Assembly (NCBI GenBank): GCA_964016885.1
Contig: OZ024753.1
Location: forward strand, 28,458,001-28,522,000
DNA: 64,000 bases
DNA from: Eledone cirrhosa
Taxonomy: Eukaryota
Direction: 5' to 3'
A model generated the notes under the pieces. It searched no databases and was not told the DNA's origin. It saw only the letters and a program-made list of their open reading frames with translations. The position numbers were made by a program, and so were the translations under genes. Positions 55,501 to 64,000 of the stretch are shown one piece after another; the first letter of the stretch is position 1; the number at the start of each line of letters is the position of its first letter.

Positions 55501-58500
55501 ATAGGCCTTTGTAGTTACAAAAGAGAGTTCTATATAATTATTACTGCCAGACAGTCACTCATGTATGGGCCTTGGTAGTTACAAAAGACAGCTCTATATA
55601 ATTATTACTGCCAGACAGTCACTCATGTATGGGCCTTGATAGTTACAAAAGGGAGCTCTATATAATTATTACTGCCAGACAGTCACTCATGTATGGGCCT
55701 TGGTAGTTACAAAGGAGAGCTCTATATAATTATTACTGCCAGACAGTCACTCATGTATGGGCCTTGGTAGTTACAAAAGGGAGCTCTATATAATTATTAC
55801 TGCCAGACAGTCACTCATGTATAGGCCTTGGTAGTTAAAAAAGAGTGTTCTATATAATTATTACTGCCAGACAGTCACTCATGTATGTGCCTTGATAGTT
55901 ACCAAAGAGAGCTCTATATAATTATTACTTCCAAACAGTCACTCATGTATGGGCCTTGGTAGTTACAAAAGACAGCTCTATATAATTATTACTGCCAGAC
56001 AGTCACTTATGTATGTGCCTTGGCAGTTACAAAAGAGAGCTCTATATAATTATTACTTCCAAACAGTCACTCATGTATGGGCCTTGGTAGTTACAAAAGA
56101 GAGCTCTATATAATTATTACTGCCAGACAGTCACTCATGTATGTGCCTTGGCAGTTACAAAAGAGAGCTCTATATAATTATTACTTCCAAACATTCACTC
56201 ATGTATGGGCCTTGGGAGTTACAAAAGACAGCTCTATATGATTATTACTGCCAGAGAGTCACTCATGTATGGGCCTTGATAGTTACAAAAGAGAGCTCTA
56301 TATAATTATTACTGCCAGACAGTCACTCATGTATGGGCCTTGGTAGTTACAAAAGAGAGCTCTATATAATTGTTACTGCCAGACAGTCACTCATGTATGG
56401 GCCTTGGTAGTTACAAAAGAGAGCTCTATATAATTATTACTGCCAGACAGTCACTCATGTATAGTCCTTGGTAGTTACAAAAGAGAGCTCTATATAATTA
56501 TTACTGCCAGACAGTCACTCATGTATGGGCCTTGGTAGTTACAAAGGAGAGCTCTATATAATTATTACTGCCAGACAGTCACTCATGTATGGGCCTTGGT
56601 AGTTACAAAAGGGAGCTCTATATAATTATTACTGCCAGACAGTCACTCATGTATGGGCCTTGGTAGTTACAAAAGGGAGCTCTATATAATTATTACTGCC
56701 AGACAGTCACTCATGTATGGGCCTTAGTATTTACAAAAGGGAGCTCTATATAATTATTACTGCCAGACAGTCACTCATGTATGGGCCTTGGTAGTTGCAA
56801 AAGAGAGCTCTATATAATTATTACTGCCAGACAGTCACTCATGTATGGGCCTTGGTAGTTACAAAAGAGAATTCTATATAATTATTACTGCCAGACAGTC
56901 ACTCATGTATGGGCCTTGGTAGTTACAAAATAGAGCTCTATATAATTATTACTGCCAGACAGTCACTCATGTATGGGCCTTGGAAGTTACAAAAGAGAGC
57001 TCTATATAATTATTACTTCCAAACAGTCACTCATGTATGGGCCTTGGTAGTTACAAAAGAGAGCTCTATATAATTATTACTGCCAGACAGTCACTCATGT
57101 ATGGGCCGTGGTAGTTACAAAAGAGAGTTCTATATAATTATTACTGCCAGACAGTCACTCATGTATGGGCCTTGTTAGTTACAAAAGAGAGCTCTATATA
57201 ATTATTACTGCCAGACAGTCACTCATGTATGGGCCTTGATAGTTACAAAAGGGAGCTCTATATAATTATTACTGCCAGACAGTCACTCATGTATGGGCCT
57301 TGGTAGTTACAAAGGAGAGCTCTATATAATTATTACTGCCAGACAGTCACTCATGTATGGGCCTTGGTAGTTTCAAAAGGGAGCTCTATATAATTATTAC
57401 TGCCAGACAGTCACTCATGTATAGGCCTTGGTAGTTAAAAAAGAGTGTTCTATATAATTATTACTGCCAGACAGTCACTCATGTATGTGCCTTGGCAGTT
57501 ACAAAAGAGAGCTCTATATAATTATTACTTCCAAACAGTCACTCATGTATGGGCCTTGGGAGTTACAAAAGACAGCTCTATATAATTATTACTGCCAGAG
57601 AGTCACTCATGTATGGGCCTTGATAGTTACAAAAGAGAGCTCTATATAATTATTACTGCCAGACAGTCACTCATGTATGGGCCTTGGTAGTTACAAAAGA
57701 GAGCTCTATATAATTGTTACTGCCAGACAGTCACTCATGTATGGGCCTTGGTAGTTACAAAAGAGAGCTCTATATAATTATTACTGCCAGACAGTCACTC
57801 ATGTATAGTCCTTGGTAGTTACAAAAGAGAGCTCTATATAATTATTACTGCCAGACAGTCACTCATGTATGGGCCTTGGTAGTTACAAAGGAGAGCTCTA
57901 TATAATTATTACTGCCAGACAGTCACTCATGTATGGGCCTTGGTAGTTACAAAAGGGAGCTCTATATAATTATTACTGCCAGACAGTCACTCATGTATGG
58001 GCCTTGGTAGTTACAAAAGGGAGCTCTATATAATTATTACTGCCAGACAGTCACTCATGTATGGGCCTTGGTAGTTACAAAAGGGAGCTCTATATAATTA
58101 TTACTGCCAGACAGTCACTCATGTATGGGCCTTGGTATTTACAAAAGGGAGCTCTATATAATTATTACTGCCAGACAGTCACTCATGTATGGGCCTTGGT
58201 AGTTACAAAAGAGAGCTCTATATAATTATTACTCCCAGACAGTCACTCATGTATGGGCCTTGGTAGTTACAAAAGGGAGCTCTATATATTTATTACTGTC
58301 AGACAGTCACTCATGTATGGGCCTTGGTAGTTACAAAAGAGAGCTCTATATAATTATTACTGCCAGACAGTCACTCATGTATAGGCCTTGGTAGTTACAA
58401 AAGAGAGTTCTATATAATTATTACTGCCAGACAGTCACTCATGTATGGGCCTTGGTAGTTACAAAAGAGAGTTCTATATAATTATTACTGCCAGACAGTC

Positions 58501-61500
58501 ACTCATGTATGGGCCTTGGTAGTTACAAAAGAGAGCTCTATATAATTATTACTGCCAGACAGTCACTCATGTATGGGCCTTGGTAGTTACAAAAGAGAAT
58601 TCTATATAATTATTACTGCCAGACAGTCACTCATGTATGGGCCTTGGTAGTTACAAAAGAGAGCTCTATATAATTATTACTACCAGACAGTCACTCATGT
58701 ATGGGCCTTGGAAGTTACAAAAGAGAGCTCTATTTAATTATTACTTCCAAACAGTCACTCATGTATGGGCCTTGGTAGTTACAAAAGAGAGCTCTATATA
58801 ATTATTACTGCCAGACAGTCACTCATGTATGGGCCTTGGTAGTTACAAAAGAGAGTTCTATATAATTATTACTGCCAGACAGTCACTCATGTATGGGCCT
58901 TGTTAGTTACAAAAGACAGCTCTATATAATTATTACTGCCAGACAGTCACTCATGTATGGGCGTTGGAAGTTTCAAAAGAGAGCTCTATATAATTATTAC
59001 TTCCAAACAGTCACTCATGTATGGGTCTTGGTAGTTACAAAAGGGAGCTCTATATAATTATTACTGCCAGACAGTCACTCATGTATAGCCCTTGGTAGTT
59101 ACAAAAGAGAGTTCTATATAATTATTACTGCCAGACAGTCACTCATGTATAGGCCTTGGTAGTTACAAAAGATAGTTCTACATAATTATTACTGCCAGAC
59201 AGTCACTCATGTATAGGCCTTGGTAGTTACAAAAGAGAGTTCTATATAATTATTACTGCCAGACAGTCACTCATGTATGGGCCTTGGTAGTTACAAAAGA
59301 GAGCTCTATATAATTATTACTGCCAGACAGTCACTCATGTATGGGCCTTGGTAGTTACAAAAGACAGGTCTATATAATTATTACTGCCAGACAGTCACTC
59401 ATGTATGGGCCTTGGTAGTTACAAAAGACAGCTCTATATAATTATTACTGCTAGACAGTCACTCATGTATGGGCCTTGGTAGTTACAAAAGAGAATTCTA
59501 TATAATTATTACTGCCAGACAGTGACTCATGTATGGGCCTTGGTAGTTACAAAAGAGAGCTCTATATAATTATTCCTGCCAGACAGTCACTCATGTATGG
59601 GCCTTGGAAGTTACAAAAGAGAGCTCTATATAATTATTACTTCCAAACAGTCACTCATGTATGGGCCTTGGTAGTTACAAAAGAGAGCTCTATATAATTA
59701 TTACTGCCAGACAGTCACTCATGTATGGGCCGTGGTAGTTACAAAAGAGAGTTCTATATAATTATTACTTCCAAAGAGTCACTCATGTATGGGCCTTGGT
59801 AGTTACAAAAGAGAGCTCTATATAATTATTACTGCCAGACAGTCACTCATGTATGGGCCGTGGTAGTTACAAAAGAGAGTTCTATATAATTATTACTGCC
59901 AGACAGTCACTCATGTATGGGCCTTGTTAGTTACAAAAGAGAGCTCTATATAATTATTACTGCCAGACAGTCACTCATGTATGGGCCTTGATAGTTACAA
60001 AAGGGAGCTCTATATAATTATTACTGCCAGACAGTCACTCATGTATGGGCCTTGGTAGTTACAAAGGAGAGCTCTATATAATTATTACTGCCAGACAGTC
60101 ACTCATGTATGGGCCTTGGTAGTTACAAAAGGGAGCTCTATATAATTATTACTGCCAGACAGTCACTCATGTATAGGCCTTGGTAGTTAAAAAAGAGTGT
60201 TCTATATAATTACTACTGCCAGACAGTCACTCATGTATGTGCCTTGGCAGTTACAAAAGAGAGCTCTATATAATTATTACTTCCAAACAGTCACTCATGT
60301 ATGGGCCTTGGGAGTTACAAAAGACAGCTCTATATAATTATTACTGCCAGAGAGTCACTCATGTATGGGCCTTGATAGTTACAAAAGACAGCTCTATATA
60401 ATTATTACTGCCAGACAGTCACTCATGTATGTGCCTTGGCAGTTACAAAAGAGAGCTCTATATAATTATTACTGCCAGACAGTCACTCATGTATGTGCCT
60501 TGGCAGTTACAAAAGAGAGCACTATATAATTATTACTTCCAAACAGTCACTCATGTATGGGCCTTGGTAGTTACAAAAGAGAGCTCTATATAATTATTAC
60601 TGCCAGACAGTCACTCATGTATGTGCCTTGGCAGTTACAAAAGAGAGCTCTATATAATTATTACTTCCAAACAGTCACTCATGTATGGGCCTTGGGAGTT
60701 ACAAAAGACAGCTCTATATGATTATTACTGCCAGAGAGTCACTCATGTATGGGCCTTGATAGTTACAAAAGAGAGCTCTATATAATTATTACTGCCAGAC
60801 AGTCACTCATGTATGGGCCTTGGTAGTTACAAAAGAGAGCTCTATATAATTGTTACTGCCAGACAGTCACTTATGTATGGGCCTTGGTAGTTACAAAAGA
60901 GAGCTCTATATAATTATTACTGCCAGACAGTCACTCATGTATAGTCCTTGGTAGTTACAAAAGAGAGCTCTATATAATTATTACTGCCAGACAGTCACTC
61001 ATGTATGGGCCTTGGTAGTTACAAAGGAGAGCTCTATATAATTATTACTGCCAGACAGTCACTCATGTATGGGCCTTGGTAGTTACAAAAGAGAATTCTA
61101 TATAATTATTACTGCCAGACAGTCACTCATGTATGGGCCTTGGTAGTTACAAAAGAGAGCTCTATATAATTATTACTGCCAGACAGTCACTCATGTATGG
61201 GCCTTGGAAGTTACAAAAGAGAGCTCTATTTAATTATTACTTCCAAACAGTCACTCATGTATGGGCCTTGGTAGTTACAAAAGAGAGCTCTATATAATTA
61301 TTACTGCCAGACAGTCACTCATGTATGGGCCTTGGTAGTTACAAAAGAGAGTTCTATATAATTATTACTGCCAGACAGTCACTCATGTATGGGCCTTGTT
61401 AGTTACAAAAGACAGCTCTATATAATTATTACTGCCAGACAGTCACTCATGTATGGGCGTTGGAAGTTTCAAAAGAGAGCTCTATATAATTATTACTTCC

Positions 61501-64000
61501 AAACAGTCACTCATGTATGGGTCTTGGTAGTTACAAAAGGGAGCTCTATATAATTATTACTGCCAGACAGTCACTCATGTATAGCCCTTGGTAGTTACAA
61601 AAGAGAGTTCTATATAATTATTACTGCCAGACAGTCACTCATGTATAGGCCTTGGTAGTTACAAAAGATAGTTCTACATAATTATTACTGCCAGACAGTC
61701 ACTCATGTATAGGCCTTGGTAGTTACAAAAGAGAGTTCTATATAATTATTACTGCCAGACAGTCACTCATGTATGGGCCTTGGTAGTTACAAAAGAGAGC
61801 TCTATATAATTATTACTGCCAGACAGTCACTCATGTATGGGCCTTGGTAGTTACAAAAGACAGGTCTATATAATTATTACTGCCAGACAGTCACTCATGT
61901 ATGGGCCTTGGTAGTTACAAAAGACAGCTCTATATAATTATTACTGCTAGACAGTCACTCATGTATGGGCCTTGGTAGTTACAAAAGAGAATTCTATATA
62001 ATTATTACTGCCAGACAGTGACTCATGTATGGGCCTTGGTAGTTACAAAAGAGAGCTCTATATAATTATTCCTGCCAGACAGTCACTCATGTATGGGCCT
62101 TGGAAGTTACAAAAGAGAGCTCTATATAATTATTACTTCCAAACAGTCACTCATGTATGGGCCTTGGTAGTTACAAAAGAGAGCTCTATATAATTATTAC
62201 TGCCAGACAGTCACTCATGTATGGGCCGTGGTAGTTACAAAAGAGAGTTCTATATAATTATTACTTCCAAAGAGTCACTCATGTATGGGCCTTGGTAGTT
62301 ACAAAAGAGAGCTCTATATAATTATTACTGCCAGACAGTCACTCATGTATGGGCCGTGGTAGTTACAAAAGAGAGTTCTATATAATTATTACTGCCAGAC
62401 AGTCACTCATGTATGGGCCTTGGTAGTTACAAAATGGAGCTCTATATAATTATTACTGCCAGACAGTCACTCATGTATAGGCCTTGGTAGTTAAAAAAGA
62501 GTGTTCTATATAATTACTACTGCCAGACAGTCACTCATGTATGTGCCTTGGCAGTTACAAAAGAGAGCTCTATATAATTATTACTTCCAAACAGTCACTC
62601 ATGTATGGGCCTTGGGAGTTACAAAAGACAGCTCTATATAATTATTACTGCCAGAGAGTCACTCATGTATGGGCCTTGATAGTTACAAAAGACAGCTCAA
62701 TATAATTATTACTGCCAGACAGTCACTCATGTATGTGCCTTGGCAGTTACAAAAGAGAGCACTATATAATTATTACTTCCAAACAGTCACTCATGTATGG
62801 GCCTTGGTAGTTACAAAAGAGAGCTCTATATAATTATTACTGCCAGACAGTCACTCATGTATGTGCCTTGGCAGTTACAAAAGAGAGCTCTATATAATTA
62901 TTACTTCCAAACATTCACTCATGTATGGGCCTTGGGAGTTACAAAAGACAGCTCTATATGATTATTACTGCCAGAGAGTCACTCATGTATGGGCCTTGAT
63001 AGTTACAAAAGAGAGCTCTATATAATTATTACTGCCAGACAGTCACTCATGTATGGGCCTTGGTAGTTACAAAAGAGAGCTCTATATAATTGTTACTGCC
63101 AGACAGTCACTTATGTATGGGCCTTGGTAGTTACAAAAGAGAGCTCTATATAATTATTACTGCCAGACAGTCACTCATGTATAGTCCTTGGTAGTTACAA
63201 AAGAGAGCTCTATATAATTATTACTGCCAGACAGTCACTCATGTATGGGCCTTGGTAGTTACAAAGGAGAGCTCTATATAATTATTACTGCCAGACAGTC
63301 ACTCATGTATGGGCCTTGGTAGTTACAAAAGGGAGCTCTATATAATTATTACTGCCAGACAGTCACTCATGTATGGGCCTTGGTAGTTACAAAAGGGAGC
63401 TCTATATAATTATTACTGCCAGACAGTCACTCATGTATGGGCCTTAGTATTTACAAAAGGGAGCTCTATATAATTATTACTGCCAGACAGTCACTCATGT
63501 ATGGGCCTTGGTAGTTGCAAAAGAGAGCTCTATATAATTATTACTGCCAGACAGTCACTCATGTATGGGCCTTGGTAGTTACAAAAGAGAATTCTATATA
63601 ATTATTACTGCCAGACAGTCACTCATGTATGGGCCTTGGTAGTTACAAAAGAGAGCTCTATATAATTATTACTGCCAGACAGTCACTCATGTATGGGCCT
63701 TGGAAGTTACAAAAGAGAGCTCTATATAATTATTACTTCCAAACAGTCACTCATGTATGGGCCTTGGTAGTTACAAAAGAGAGCTCTATATAATTATTAC
63801 TGCCAGACAGTCACTCATGTATGGGCCGTGGTAGTTACAAAAGAGAGTTCTATATAATTATTACTGCCAGACAGTCACTCATGTATGGGCCTTGTTAGTT
63901 ACAAAAGAGAGCTCTATATAATTATTACTGCCAGACAGTCACTCATGTATGGGCCTTGATAGTTACAAAAGGGAGCTCTATATAATTATTACTGCCAGAC
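49540..64000 (+). repeat. Loose higher-order repeat of about 19-22 monomers in domain B, about 7 complete or partial copies
   Basis: Ordered series AAAAAAGAGTGTTC > GTGCCTTGGCAG > TTCCAAAC/GGGAG > GCCAGAGAG/TTGATAG > TTGTTAC > TAGTCC > AAAGG > GGG > TTAGTATTT > GAATTC > TTGGAAG > TTCCAAAC > GGCCGTGG. TAGTCC lies at 50126, 51342, 52622, 56462, 57806, 60942 and 63182 (adjacent spacings of 19, 20 and 21 monomers among others). Confidence 0.8.
58570..63300 (+). repeat. Tandem duplication with a 39-monomer (2496 bp) offset shrinking to 35 monomers (2240 bp)
   Basis: Private markers: TATTTAAT 58731/61227, GATAGTTCTACA 59171/61667, CAGGTC 59365/61861 and CTAGAC 59451/61947 (2496); TACTAC 60211/62515 (2304); ACTATATAAT 60521/62761 and GCTCTATATG 60711/62951 (2240). 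Confidence 0.9.

Larger units (their letters stand above)
1..64000 (+). repeat. 64-bp monomer tandem satellite array, about 1000.5 copies, head-to-tail, extending beyond both window edges
   Basis: The consensus CAAAAGAGAGCTCTATATAATTATTACTGCCAGACAGTCACTCATGTATGGGCCTTGGTAGTTA recurs continuously, typically with 0-3 substitutions per copy. Monomer starts at 1, 45470 and 63966 fit 64n+1-35 (n=711, 1000) after 35 counted 1-bp-deletion monomers. No non-repeat sequence was seen. Confidence 0.99.
41201..64000 (+). repeat. Subfamily domain B of the satellite (more variant-rich; contains an A-type island at about 44270-45660)
   Basis: Diagnostic variants: TTCCAAACAG, TGTGCCTTGGCAG, TTGGGAG, TTGGAAG, GAGTGTTCTA, GAGAATTC, TAGTCC, CTTAGTATTT, GTTGCAAAA, GGCCGTGG, plus enriched GAGTTCTA, CCTTGATAG and AAAGGAGAG. 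The first TTCCAAAC is at 41531. Confidence 0.9.

Noticed and set aside
1-64000. CRISPR array (the 64-bp period resembles repeat plus spacer length)
   Set aside because: There are no unique spacers: all 64 positions are conserved between units apart from scattered substitutions. No leader or cas genes are present.
1-64000. Telomeric repeat, alpha satellite with CENP-B box, or 5S/tRNA/snRNA/spliced-leader gene array
   Set aside because: No TTAGGG-type unit, no 171-bp period, no TTCG..CGGG box (the consensus lacks CpG), and no recognisable Pol III A/B boxes or RNA fold in the 64-bp unit.
1-64000. Embedded transposon, unique island or strand inversion
   Set aside because: None seen on reading through, and the monomer register is fully explained by the 35 one-base deletions.
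1-64000. Pure assembly or sequencing artefact (collapsed or looped repeat)
   Set aside because: Hierarchical, position-restricted variants and private differences between duplicate blocks fit real array evolution. Individual duplications still need read-level confirmation.
1-64000. Variant order as an information-bearing code or diversity-generating cassette system
   Set aside because: The variant patterns are explained by nested duplication and conversion. No recombinase, reverse transcriptase, expression site or target gene is present to support a programmed system.

Overview
The whole 64-kb window is one uninterrupted, head-to-tail, single-orientation satellite array. The consensus monomer is 64 bp: CAAAAGAGAGCTCTATATAATTATTACTGCCAGACAGTCACTCATGTATGGGCCTTGGTAGTTA (25/64 = 39% GC, no CpG). 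Register arithmetic gives 1000 complete monomers in 1-63965 (965 of 64 bp and 35 of a single recurrent 63-bp variant) plus a 35-bp partial copy. The array runs off both window edges. I see no supportable genes, RNA genes, transposon insertions, CRISPR spacers or inversions, and the two listed ORFs are chance read-throughs of the repeat. I do not recognise the satellite family or the host; a eukaryotic satellite is inferred from scale and organisation only. The real information is in the variants. There are two subfamily domains (A, about 1-41.2 kb; B, about 41.2-64 kb) with largely different diagnostic substitutions. There are also short ordered multi-monomer cassettes shuffled along the array, nested tandem duplications of about 24, 36, 39, 69-70 and 106-113 monomers, a duplicated A/B junction, and a length-neutral patch replacement resembling gene conversion. 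I found no evidence for a novel protein-based system. All positions were read by eye and duplication boundaries are approximate to about 1-2 monomers.
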